Assembly (NCBI RefSeq): GCF_000142905.1
Contig: NW_013657634.1
Location: 186,001-250,000 of the forward strand
Length of the DNA stretch: 64,000 nt
Direction of reading: 5' to 3'
Origin: Thecamonas trahens ATCC 50062
Taxonomy: Eukaryota > Protista > Apusomonadida
The first letter of the stretch is position 1. Each line of letters starts with the position of its first letter. Shown piece by piece: positions 1-10,600 of this stretch. The position numbers and the translations under genes are program-made. The notes under the pieces are model-generated. The model did no database searches. It worked only from the letters and a program-made list of their open reading frames with translations, and was not told the origin of the DNA.

Positions 1-2594
1 CCGATTGCCGCGGCAGCCATCGTCTTGCCCGTTCCCGGCGGGCCGTGGAACAGCGCAACCGTCGCCGTCGCCGCCTCAAAGCCCCACTGCGTCGTCAGAA
101 TGCGCCCCGCCTTTTGCGCCGCAACAATCTCGCCCATCACCGCACTCGTCGCCTCCGGAAGTACCAGCGAGTCGAGCCCTGCTTTGGGCAGCACCCGCCG
201 CTCAAACGCGTTCTGCCGTAGCATCGACTCGAGCTGTGCCTGCGCCCCAGCCTCAAAGTCCGCCGCCGTCAGCACAAGCTCGCCGTTTCCGTCGCTGCCA
301 CCCTCGGCCCGTGCCCGCGCCAGCGCATTCGATAGCGCACCCACAATCGCGTTCTTGATGAACCCACCTGGGAGCTCAAACTTGAGCGCCAGCGCGTCGA
401 CGTCAACATCGTTGGCGAGAGTCATGCCTTCCGGCACGTGCCGCCGCCAGATCGCCGCACGCAGGACGTGGTCCGGGAGCGAGAACGAGATTGAGAGCTG
501 GACTCGCCGAAACGTGGCCTCGTCGAGCTCGTTCACCATGTTGGTCGCCAGAATCGACACGCCCTCGAACGACTCCATGAGTGTGAGGAGCGCGGGCAAG
601 TTGGCGTTCTTGCCGCGCGCCCGCGTCATAAACAGCGACTCACACTCGTCAAACAGCACGATGGCGTCATGCATCTTGGCTTCCGCAAAGACCTGCTTCA
701 CCGCATCTGACGCCGAGCCCACGCTCGCCGTCGTCTCCGCCAGCGACGCAAAATTGACGAGCAGCACCTTGCGCTTCAGGTGCGCCGCCACACAGTTGGC
801 CGTCAGCGTCTTGCCCGTCCCGCTCTGTCCATGGAACAGGAGCACCATGCCGCTCCCATACGTCACAAGCTCCTCCAGCCCCAACGAGGCCTTGAGCGCA
901 CAGAGTTGCTCGTACGAACCGAGCGTGTCCATCAGCGCCTTGCGCGTCTTGACCGGAAGGACCACGTCGTCAAACGTGACCTTGGGCGTGTACAGGTGCG
1001 TGCCCTCCACAACCTCTGACAACGGCGTCGCCAGCCCGATGATGTGGTCCAACACGCGCCGGTCGATCGAGACCTCGCAGTCCACAAGGTCAGACGCGCC
1101 GCGTGTAGACACCACGTTGATGTAGCCGTCCGCGCGCAGCGGCGCGTTCTTGAGAAACGCAGACCGCTGGCCGACCTGCTCCTCCAGCGTCGAGCAATAG
1201 AGCGAGAGCAGCGTCGAGACCTGGAACGCTCCTCCCATCAGCATCATCCGCGACGACCGGATGCTTGCGCTCCGCTCTCGGATCGGCTCGTATGTGTGGA
1301 ACGCCGCGCACGCCACAAGCACAAACTTCTCAAAGGCAGAGAGCCCCGACGACCGCGCAAGCACCTCCAGCCGTGGCACAAAGCCCGCCGCCTCAGCCGC
1401 AGCCGCCCGAACCTGAATCTTCTGCTCCGCAACCTGTAACTTGGTCTCCAGCTCACGCGTCCTCGCCGCCAGCGAGCTCGTCGCCCCGCGCTGGAACATC
1501 CGCATCTCGTTGACGTCGTCCGCAGACCGCACCTGCCGCGCGTTGTCACACGCCTGCATCCGCAGGTACACCACTTCGAACTCGTCCACAAGATACTCGA
1601 GATCCGTCGTGTACGCCGCAAGACCGCCGTCGTCACCCTCGCCTCCCGCGCCCCTCGCGCCAGGGCTCGACATCGTAACTCCAGCATCCGCCAGCGCCTG
1701 CGCCACCAGCGCGTCCGGATCAAACCCGTCGTCACTGAGTCCGTCAAGCTCGGCAAGCAGCGCGGTCTCGTCGTCATCGGCGCCGCTGGACACACCACCC
1801 ATCGCCCGTCCCGGATTACGTGTCAGCGCATCGTGCCCGGTCAGCTCGCCGAGTTTGGTCGATGCCAGCTTGAGCGAGGCGTCGGTCCCGAGCGTCACTC
1901 CATGGAGCGCGAGCAGGAACTCTGACGAGACCCAGAGCGTCGACGATGGCAGCCGCGACGCATCGACCTGGATGAGCCCATCCTTCATGTGCGCCCGCCC
2001 CGGATCGAGGAAAGTCGCAAGTGCCCGTGGACTCGCGCCCGCTAGCCGCATCGCAGCCTCGGCCTGGAGCACATACCCGCCCGAGTGATCGCCGTAGAAC
2101 GCCGGCGCCCGGAAGCCGAGCTCCTCCACCGCCGACGTCATCGAGAGCACCATCACCGCCGCAAACATCGACGCCTCACGACAGTCCCAGCCGTATCCCT
2201 CAGCCAGCAGATGGAACAGCGGCTGCTCTTTCACGCCACCTGCACTCACTCCGTCGCCGTGGACCAGGCACCACCCGCCGCATCCGTCGCCCGAGGCCAC
2301 CGGCAGATGCGCCCGCGCCACCTGCGCCCGCACCTCGTCCAGCGCCGCCGCCACAGCCATTGCTCCCTTGCTCTCTTCCGCCAGCGCCGCCATGCTCATA
2401 CCACGCGCCCCCACCAGTCGCACCGCACTCGCTGCTGCCGTCCGCTGCGCCAGCGCCGCCAGAATTGTCGTCGTCTGCAGCGCCGCCATCGTCTCCTCGC
2501 TCCCGCCGCTCCCCACCTCGGCACCATTCACCGCCTCCAGCGACAGCGGCACCAGCGGCTGCGCCGTCGCCACCGCTATCTCCATGGCATCCAT
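1..2594 (-). CDS. Tandem (two-module) AAA+ ATPase, 3' end runs off the window
   Basis: Absent from the ORF track because no stop is reached. Manual minus-strand reading from ATG 2594 (MDAMEIAVA...) is in frame with Walker A VLLFHGQSGTGKT (~845-805), Walker B AIVLFDECE (~668-640) and a second Walker A VALFHGPPGTGKT (~59-21). The intervening frame was only spot-checked. Confidence 0.85.
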   Translation of the reverse strand, partial: MDAMEIAVATAQPLVPLSLEAVNGAEVGSGGSEETMAALQTTTILAALAQRTAAASAVRLVGARGMSMAALAEESKGAMAVAAALDEVRAQVARAHLPVASGDGCGGWCLVHGDGVSAGGVKEQPLFHLLAEGYGWDCREASMFAAVMVLSMTSAVEELGFRAPAFYGDHSGGYVLQAEAAMRLAGASPRALATFLDPGRAHMKDGLIQVDASRLPSSTLWVSSEFLLALHGVTLGTDASLKLASTKLGELTGHDALTRNPGRAMGGVSSGADDDETALLAELDGLSDDGFDPDALVAQALADAGVTMSSPGARGAGGEGDDGGLAAYTTDLEYLVDEFEVVYLRMQACDNARQVRSADDVNEMRMFQRGATSSLAARTRELETKLQVAEQKIQVRAAAAEAAGFVPRLEVLARSSGLSAFEKFVLVACAAFHTYEPIRERSASIRSSRMMLMGGAFQVSTLLSLYCSTLEEQVGQRSAFLKNAPLRADGYINVVSTRGASDLVDCEVSIDRRVLDHIIGLATPLSEVVEGTHLYTPKVTFDDVVLPVKTRKALMDTLGSYEQLCALKASLGLEELVTYGSGMVLLFHGQSGTGKTLTANCVAAHLKRKVLLVNFASLAETTASVGSASDAVKQVFAEAKMHDAIVLFDECESLFMTRARGKNANLPALLTLMESFEGVSILATNMVNELDEATFRRVQLSISFSLPDHVLRAAIWRRHVPEGMTLANDVDVDALALKFELPGGFIKNAIVGALSNALARARAEGGSDGNGELVLTAADFEAGAQAQLESMLRQNAFERRVLPKAGLDSLVLPEATSAVMGEIVAAQKAGRILTTQWGFEAATATVALFHGPPGTGKTMAAAAI

Positions 2595-2652
2595 ACTGCA
2601 ACCCGCTGTCGTTCTCTCCCACTCTGCTATGTGCTTGTCACGTAGCCCGTTC

Positions 2653-2657
<5 letters not shown>

Positions 2658-2749
<92 letters not shown>
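2658..2749. repeat. (GA)n microsatellite, ~92 bp, intergenic
   Basis: Perfect GA dinucleotide run seen directly. Confidence 0.98.
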
Positions 2750-2751
<2 letters not shown>

Positions 2752-2828
2752 TGGTACCAGCCAGCAGCTAGCACCGCCGAACAGAGCTTCCCTCCGACCC
2801 CCCTCGCTCGCACATGCGTCTATTTCCG

Positions 2829-5800
2829 CTACCTTAGAGCAGCCCGAACAGCCTGCCATTCGAGGCGGGCAGCGGCAAGGACGGGATGCGCGCCTGGCCG
2901 CGACGACGGCGCAAAGAGCGCGTCCGCGGTTTTGACGGCTACAGAGAGCCATTGCTTGCACGGCCGATAACGCGACGATACTTTGCGCCACGCCACAATC
3001 ACCCCGAGCGCTTCGGCCACCAGCGACGTGGCGCGCGTGAGGAATGACGGCGCGGCGGCCGCCGCATGTCCGCGCTCACTTCGCAGCAGCATGACCGGGC
3101 GGACCGGGCCACGTCCGCCTGCAGGATCCACGCCCTCGCGCTGCGGCAGCGACGCCAGCGACTCTGCCTCTAGCGCCGCCATGTCGCCCAGGATCTCGTC
3201 GGTCACCGTGGTGTGCAGGACGGCCAGGACCTGGTCCAGCGTCTTGTCGCCGACATCAAACAGCACCCGGCTCACCACCTCGGCTGCCGCTGCGAGCACA
3301 GGTGTGAGGACTGACAGTGTCGGCCCGCTCAGCGTCTTGATCATTGCCTTGACCACCGCCAGCGTCGCCGGCAGGACGCGGACATAGAGCGAGGCGCACG
3401 GCCGATGCCGCGCCCCGGCCAGCAGCGGGCCTACTACCCGCGCCGCACATGACGCCACAAACCCAGGTGCTGTCCGCGGATTGGCGACAATCACTTCGGC
3501 CATCCATAGTTGCAGCCGTCGCATCCGCGACGTCGACACGTTCCGCCCGCTCCAGTGCCTGCCCACTACAAAGTCGACTAGCGCGTTGTTGAACGTGTCC
3601 AGCTCGGACCCGCCTCTCGCACTCGCCGCAGCCACGGCCGGGAGCAAGTAGCTGTCGGCCTGGGCCGCCGCCCGTTCTGACGGCAGCACATCAAACTGCC
3701 GCGCCGTCCACTCGTGCAGCGCTCGGCTCGCATGCGCCGCGCCAGCGCCAATCAGCTTGCCAATCCCACCCATCACCGCCGCCATCAGCTTGCCACGCCC
3801 GCTCGAGATCTCGAGTCCAGAGCCCACAATGACAAACCGGTGGAGGAGGACGTACAACGGGGTCTTGTGCCACAACTCACCGTCCGCAAGCGCCAGTGGC
3901 GCTTGCTCCGCCAGCATCGCCATCACCTCCAGCGCAAAACCCTCGTACGCCCGAGCCACGGGCCCGGGTGTCGTCCCGCGGCTGCAGAGCTCGCTCAACG
4001 CCCGCGCGCAAACATCGGGCACCATCGCGAGGCACTCACCCGGCGAGCTGGCTCCCGCCACTACGCTGCTCACCACGGCCTTCACAAGCTGCAGCCGCGG
4101 CAATGTCCACGCAGCAGGCTCGGCCTGCCATGGCAGGACCACCGTCGCGGGATCGATGGCCACGACAGCGTCCTCGTCTGCATGCTCCAGCTCACCGGCG
4201 CCGGCAAAGGAGAACTTGGCCCAGAGCTCAGCAGCCTTTGCACGGCCGCCCATCAACGCTGCGGTCGATGGCAGTGACGCGAGCGTGTGAAACAGCCGCG
4301 GCAAGTCGACCGCAAACGGATCGACAGCCGCAAGAAGCAGCGCGTGTATGAGTTCCGTCGCTATCGGGCTGACCAGTGAAGCAGGCGTCCGTGCCCCGTG
4401 GTGGAGGAACGCGGTCCAGAACCCTACCGGGACAAGTCGCGCCAGCGCGTCGCCATCTCGGACCAGCCAAGGTGACTGGGTGCCAAGAGAACTCACGACC
4501 GCACTCACCGCCGACCGCCCGTCGCGGGACACGGCTTCTGAGAGCACGCCCATCAGACGGGTCACCGCCCGTAGCGCCGCCGTTGCCACCAGAAACGACT
4601 GCACCGAGTGAACGTGCGCCACCGTCGACTTGGCGCACAACTCTGCATACACTGCCATGAGCAGATCGCGCGCGGAGATCCGCAGCAGGGTCACCTCCGC
4701 CTGGTCCAGCAGCGCCGTCGCAGTCGACGCTGACTCTTGCTCTGCCACGTGCGCGTTGACCAGTGCATCAACATCATCAAAGTCCCCCATGTCAAACGAG
4801 AGTGACGCCGACGCCGACGCCGACGACATCTGTGACTCGGGAAACAAATCCTGGCTCTCATTGTCCGCCGGACACTGGCTGCCCGCTTCGACCTCGCTAC
4901 CGCCGCCATCACGCCCAACATCATGCGAGGCCGGCGGTCGCGGGAGCGGCGGCGGCACAAGACTCACCATGTGAATGAGGAACGTGATGGCCGGAACCCA
5001 AAGGTCCGCCGGCGCCGACGGCGCGAGCAAGCCGACAATATGCGGCGACATGAGCAGGTGCTCTCCAAGGAGCGTGACTGGATCACGGCGCGCCGCGGTG
5101 TCGATCAGACTCGCAGCTGCCTGCAAGTAGCCCGTGACTATTGGAACTGGCGCTCCAGCGCCAATCACTGCCTCCAACCGGTCGGCAATGGCAGGCATGA
5201 CCGGCTCGAGCCGCATGCCCCGGCTCTGCAGCACCCGTCCAAAAACAACCAGCGCTGAGAGCGCGAGCCCGTGCGCCGAGTTGGATGCCGATGCCGGCGA
5301 GATGAGCGCCGAGACTCGCGAAAGGATCGAGTTGACCGTCTCGCACGGCACCGCCGATGCCAGCACCACAGCCAGCGACAGCTGAGCCGCCGCCATCGCC
5401 TGGTCCAGACCGGTCGCCAGCTCGAGGTTGGCATCGAGCCCGACAATGATCGTCGATGCAAGGCGTTTGGCGTCCCACTCGGAGAGCTCGTGCCGCGGGT
5501 GGGTGTCTGCTGCAAACGGCGACGACAGCGCGCACGCCATCAGATGGAGGAGTCGTCCGATAGGCGCCTCGCGCGCCTCGCCCGCAATCGACAACCCGCT
5601 ACCGGCCACGCACACCGAAAGCGTCGGCGGGCCGAGGGTGAGCCACGCCGAGCTCGGTGCAGCCCGAAAGGCCTCCCACACCGAGGTGAGAAAGTCTGAC
5701 GGCGGCGGGTCCCACTTCCCCACCGGCGCCACCAGCGCTTCGACCCACGCCAGCATCTCGTCAAGCGCGCGCGGCCCGAGCGAGTCCAACCGGTTCGCGA

Positions 5801-7388
5801 TGTGCGGAACAAGCAGCCGCCACGGATGCACCAGCTTTGGCAGCAGAGGCTGGATCCACCCAAGCAGCTCGAGCGACGACAGCAGCGGCCCGCTATGAGG
5901 GCCGGTCACCGCATCAAGCGGCGCTGGCGACGCTGCAAACGCCGCTGCTGCAAGCCCGGACAGCGGATGCTGGAGAATCGGCATGCCCGACGGCAGCGCC
6001 GCACGAAGCGGGACAAGAATCGCCGGTAGTGCAGTGTCCATCACAAACGTCACGTCGCCCGCCAGTGTCTCAATCGCGGTGCCCCACACCAATATGGCCG
6101 CAACGTGCGGGAGCGAGACAGGCGTTGGCCAGTGGACAGGCAGCGGCACCGTGTCAAGCAGATGCTGGACTGCCGCCAGCCGCGACGGCACCGGCAGCCG
6201 CCCGAGAGCCGCACCGAGCGACGGCAACACCACATCGCGAAGGTGTAGCACAAGCCCAATTTGGACCGCGCGCGATGACGGCGGCGAGCTATGGAAGAGC
6301 GCAACTACGTCAGCCCGCGCAAGCTGGCGGAGCACTGCAAGCGGCGCCCGCAGTGGCGCCGCTAGCAACGTAGCCGGCACTGGCCGCCACGGCCGGAACG
6401 GGTCCGCACCCGAGATCGAGAGTGCGGCTGGGAGAACCGCAGCCACCAATGGTGCGGGAGCTGGGTGACTGGTTTTGCGCCGCTTCTCGCCGCCATTTGG
6501 TGACCGACGAGACTTGCGCTTGCGCCTCCGCCCAGCTCCCAGCGGCGACGAGTCCGCTTCGGATGAGCGTAGCAAGTTGCGCTGTTGCCCGCGAGAGGGC
6601 TCGGGAGATGACGAGAGTATGACAAGCCGACGGGGCGGAGTGATGCGTCGAGGAGGCGACGACAGTGTCGGCGAAGGACGCGAGAGCGTGGTCACAGCTC
6701 CTACCCCCGATTCCGAGTCGGAGCCCGACGACGACGTCGAGATTGTCAAGCCCGAGATCCGCTCCGGCGGCGGCGAGACATGCAAGGGCGACGCAGTGCG
6801 GCGCTGGGGTGCAGGCGCATGTGACATGTCCATGGCGACGACATCAGTTGCCGCCGCCTTGGTGCTCGCCGCTCGCGGCGATCGCTTACCCGAGCCAGGA
6901 GGCAGAGTTTGCTCCAGCACATGCGGAAGCGACGCCGGAACCGGAATGAGGTCCAGCTCGCTCGAGACATCGACGCGCTTGACGAGTGCAGAAGGTGCGC
7001 TCGCGGTCCGCCTCAGCAGCGACTCGTCCTCGGCAGAGCCGGACGACGACTGCTCGCCGCCGATCTGCGATGAGCCAAAGCCGGGACGCCGCCGCAGCAG
7101 CGCAACCGCAGCCAACTGCTGGCGCTTCGGCAGCTGCGAGAGTAGCTCGTGGCACTGCTGCTTCGCCGAGGCTCCGTGCGTGGGCGACGCCGACGACGAG
7201 CAGGCTTCGCCACCGGCACCCGAGTCCGAGACCGGCGACGCCGCAGCAACCGCAAAGACGACCTCGTGCGGCCGCGGTGCGGTCTTGTGAGCGAACCTTG
7301 CGACTGTAGCAGACGTAGTCCCATCCCCCGACGATGATGAAGCAGAATAAGAGGCCGGTACAAAGCCATGCGCCACTGCAGTCGCCAT
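2829..7388 (-). CDS. 1519-aa protein with low-complexity S/P-rich N-terminus, basic NLS-like patch and helical body; possible MMS22L/Mus7 family
   Basis: Long single-exon ORF with basic patch RRRKRKSRR...KRRK. The C-terminal half has segments recalling fungal Mus7/MMS22 in the expected order (ESQD...GDFDDVD; SPWL...ARLVPVGFW; RLQLVKAVVS; YEGFALEVMAML). The CDS is confident; the family call is tentative. Confidence 0.5.
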   Translation of the reverse strand: MATAVAHGFVPASYSASSSSGDGTTSATVARFAHKTAPRPHEVVFAVAAASPVSDSGAGGEACSSSASPTHGASAKQQCHELLSQLPKRQQLAAVALLRRRPGFGSSQIGGEQSSSGSAEDESLLRRTASAPSALVKRVDVSSELDLIPVPASLPHVLEQTLPPGSGKRSPRAASTKAAATDVVAMDMSHAPAPQRRTASPLHVSPPPERISGLTISTSSSGSDSESGVGAVTTLSRPSPTLSSPPRRITPPRRLVILSSSPEPSRGQQRNLLRSSEADSSPLGAGRRRKRKSRRSPNGGEKRRKTSHPAPAPLVAAVLPAALSISGADPFRPWRPVPATLLAAPLRAPLAVLRQLARADVVALFHSSPPSSRAVQIGLVLHLRDVVLPSLGAALGRLPVPSRLAAVQHLLDTVPLPVHWPTPVSLPHVAAILVWGTAIETLAGDVTFVMDTALPAILVPLRAALPSGMPILQHPLSGLAAAAFAASPAPLDAVTGPHSGPLLSSLELLGWIQPLLPKLVHPWRLLVPHIANRLDSLGPRALDEMLAWVEALVAPVGKWDPPPSDFLTSVWEAFRAAPSSAWLTLGPPTLSVCVAGSGLSIAGEAREAPIGRLLHLMACALSSPFAADTHPRHELSEWDAKRLASTIIVGLDANLELATGLDQAMAAAQLSLAVVLASAVPCETVNSILSRVSALISPASASNSAHGLALSALVVFGRVLQSRGMRLEPVMPAIADRLEAVIGAGAPVPIVTGYLQAAASLIDTAARRDPVTLLGEHLLMSPHIVGLLAPSAPADLWVPAITFLIHMVSLVPPPLPRPPASHDVGRDGGGSEVEAGSQCPADNESQDLFPESQMSSASASASLSFDMGDFDDVDALVNAHVAEQESASTATALLDQAEVTLLRISARDLLMAVYAELCAKSTVAHVHSVQSFLVATAALRAVTRLMGVLSEAVSRDGRSAVSAVVSSLGTQSPWLVRDGDALARLVPVGFWTAFLHHGARTPASLVSPIATELIHALLLAAVDPFAVDLPRLFHTLASLPSTAALMGGRAKAAELWAKFSFAGAGELEHADEDAVVAIDPATVVLPWQAEPAAWTLPRLQLVKAVVSSVVAGASSPGECLAMVPDVCARALSELCSRGTTPGPVARAYEGFALEVMAMLAEQAPLALADGELWHKTPLYVLLHRFVIVGSGLEISSGRGKLMAAVMGGIGKLIGAGAAHASRALHEWTARQFDVLPSERAAAQADSYLLPAVAAASARGGSELDTFNNALVDFVVGRHWSGRNVSTSRMRRLQLWMAEVIVANPRTAPGFVASCAARVVGPLLAGARHRPCASLYVRVLPATLAVVKAMIKTLSGPTLSVLTPVLAAAAEVVSRVLFDVGDKTLDQVLAVLHTTVTDEILGDMAALEAESLASLPQREGVDPAGGRGPVRPVMLLRSERGHAAAAAPSFLTRATSLVAEALGVIVAWRKVSSRYRPCKQWLSVAVKTADALFAPSSRPGAHPVLAAARLEWQAVRAALR

Positions 7389-7633
7389 GGCAGCGTGGCG
7401 TGGTCGGTGTCGGTGGCTCGAGACTCACGAATCTACGACCCTTTTGGGCCACCGAGCGGGGGGGGGGGGTGGGGGTGGAGGCAGGGAGTGGAGGGAGCGC
7501 CAGTGGAACGACAGGGATGGGTCGTGGTGCTCTGCGTCGCGCGCGCAGAGTGTACACACCGGTGCTCGCGGGTGGTGTACGACGAGAGTCGGGGTCGAGT
7601 GTAGGCCGGCGCCCAGCGTGCGGTGGCAACATG

Positions 7634-10600
7634 TTATTGAGCGTCAAAGAAGGCGGCAATGGCGAGCTGGACGTTGAAGCGTGAGGCGGCAAGGAGGTCA
7701 GCGGCCTGGGCGGCATCGACGCCGGTGACTTCCATTACCAAGTCCACGTCGTGGCCCACGATCTCGGCGGCAGCCTGCTCGGGTGCAATGGCCACAAAGC
7801 CCTCCGAGTCGGATGATGACGAGTCACGGCGCCATCGCTGACGAGCGATGAAAGGCTCCCGGGGCGCGTCCATCGCGTCCATCAACGCCTGAAGGTCGGC
7901 CTGGATAGCGAGAATGTCCTCGACGCCGTTGATTGGGTCCGGAACGTGAACCGGCGGCGGAACAGACGACCCAGCCGGCGGGTGGCACGACGGACAACGG
8001 TCGTCACCGGGACAGAGCGCGCACGGCGCCCCGGGCCGACACACCGGGCACGCCACGCAGTCGCACCGCTCATCACAGAACAGGCCGTGGTCTTCGCGGC
8101 CGCACGGGTGCGGCTGTAGACACACGATGCAAAACGAGTAGCCGCAGCATGCGCCGGCCGAGCCGCCAACATGGTGGCACGAGTGCCCGCGCGGCCGCGA
8201 GATGAGCGCGCCGCACCGCGGGCAAGGCTTTGACGTCGCGCCCAGCAGCGCGAGCGTCGCTGCGTCTCGGCCGGTCGCCTCGTCGGCAGCAATCGAGTCG
8301 CACGAGCGCCCGGCATGCCGGAACCATGGCACCGAGCAGTTGCAACACCAATCGGTGGCACACCCCGGACACACTACTCTGCTCGACCGCTGAAGCTGGC
8401 GCTGCGACTTGCCGGAGAGATCCGGCTTGATGCACATCAGCTCGCATCCGGGACAGAACGTAGTCTCACCCTTGGGAACCGCGCCGAGCAGCGACTGGAC
8501 CACCCACCGCGAGCCGGTCTCGGCATCAACCACTCCCCGAGCCACAAGATGCTCGATGACGTGGGCCGGCACGCGCGCCCGCGGGGACATCGAGTCTTGG
8601 GCTCGGCAACCCGGGCACATTGCTGGAAACTGCCCACGCTCGATCATGTCGCGTACCGCACTCTGCGCGCAGCCGGCGCAGTATCCGTGCTCACAAAAGC
8701 CAACGGTAAACGCTACGCTGACGTTGTCACCAAAGCAAATGCCGCACTCGGGCAGCGTCCGCACCCCACAACCAGACGCACCTGACTCGCCCGAGTCGTC
8801 CGAGCTCACAGAGCCGGCCAGCTGGATCGAGCCCACGCCTGCGCCCACCAACAGCGGCGGAGGTAGCTCTCGAGCGAGCCGCGGTCGTGATGGGTCGACA
8901 TCCAGCGCACCGTATCCGCGCACCGGTACGACGTCGACTCGGACCTTGGGAATCAACCGCTGTTTCTCCTCAGCCGCCAGTAGCGCCGCCGCACGTGCGT
9001 GCTCACCAGCACGCAGACGCCGGACGAGCAGCCGCCACACGCCGGGCCAGCCAAACGCCATCAGCGCCACGAGCGCGAAAAGCCCAGCAGTACAGCTCGC
9101 AACAATGCGCGGCGTGGCATCATCGCCCGCCACACACACACCACGCTTGCACCTACTGCCAAACCCGCAGCCGGTGCGCTCGCCAAAGCAACTTGTCGCA
9201 CACTTGCGCGTCCGGGTATCACACACATAGCTACCGCAGCCGGCGTCAAACGGCATCGGCCCACAACTCTTGCCGTCGACCGAGAGCGACGACGGAAGTT
9301 CCACAAATGACTTGTCGACTCTCACGTCCATTACCAGCGGGATCGTCACAAAGGCGAGGACAAGGCCTGCAACGCCAAACGACAACGCGCCCGCGAGCAC
9401 CACCGCCGATCGTCGCATCCCGTACAAATTGCTATGTCGCCAAGAGCACCGCGCGCAGAGGCAGAACCCTACCATGAAGGCCACAAGCAACCCGAGCCCG
9501 ATGGCTGTCAAACTCGCGGCTGTCACCCCAAACGACAGCGGCGCCGACGCAGGTGCGAGCACACATCTCCCTTCGTGGGAACAGTACGGCGCAACGTGCA
9601 TGCCGGATGGGAGCTGTGAAGTGAGCCGCTTGTCCATGGCGCCGCGGCACTCATGCGACGATGAGCATGAAATCGCACACGTCCTGTTGTGAACGCGGCA
9701 GTAGTATGGCCAGCAGTTCGGCGAGGAGAGGCCGACACAGCTTGTGAGTGCAACCGGCAGCGTTGTTTCCGGTGGCCGTGTCAGCCGCACCCGAAGACGT
9801 ACGAGCGAGAGTGGAAGTGCCACAATGAGGCCGGCGCCAACAGCCACCAGAGCGACGACCGCAAACAACTGCACCACGTCGTTGGAAGATGCCCAGGGCA
9901 CAAGCACCCCCGGCAAGCACGCACACACCACCATGACCGCCGTCACCACCCCAAGCACCACCACCGCCGCCAGCCATCGCCGGAGCACGAGCCGGCTGGC
10001 GTGATGGGTTGTAGCAACACACTTGCCGGACGCGGCATCGCACGCCAGCCCCGCCCCGGCGCACTCAAAGTCGTGCCGGCACGAGCGCCGGCACCGCCCA
10101 CTCGGCATGTCGCACCAGTACGGTGCACAGACCGGCGCGTCAACGGCGGCACAGGCAGGCGAACTCGCGCGCTCCGCAGCCGTCAGTGGCGGCTCGAGCG
10201 CAGGCACCGGCACTCGGAGAACGAGCATGGCGATGCCGACGACAGCAAAGCCGACAATGGCACCACATGTCGCAGACGCGAGCCACGAGTTACAGAGCCA
10301 GATCGGCCGCCATCGCCGCCGCCACCGCGATCGATACGAGTAAGGCGAGCAGCACTTGTTGCTACACCACCCGGCACCCACGCCTAAGACCACCACTAGC
10401 AACCCGAGGCCAATTGCCGCGGAGAGCGAGCTCACCCAAAACACGAGAGGCGAGTACCGCCGGACAGAGAGGCCGGCGCCGCCAGTCCAAACGCAAACAC
10501 CGGCGGCCGAGCAGCCATAGCCGGTCACACACTGATCTGAGGAAGAGCAGCGGGTCCGGCATGCGCGGCTCCCATAGTCGCACGTGTACGGATAGCAGGC

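Noticed and set aside
2021-2991. ORFs with poly-ER or poly-LS
   Set aside because: Translations of the (GA)n microsatellite.
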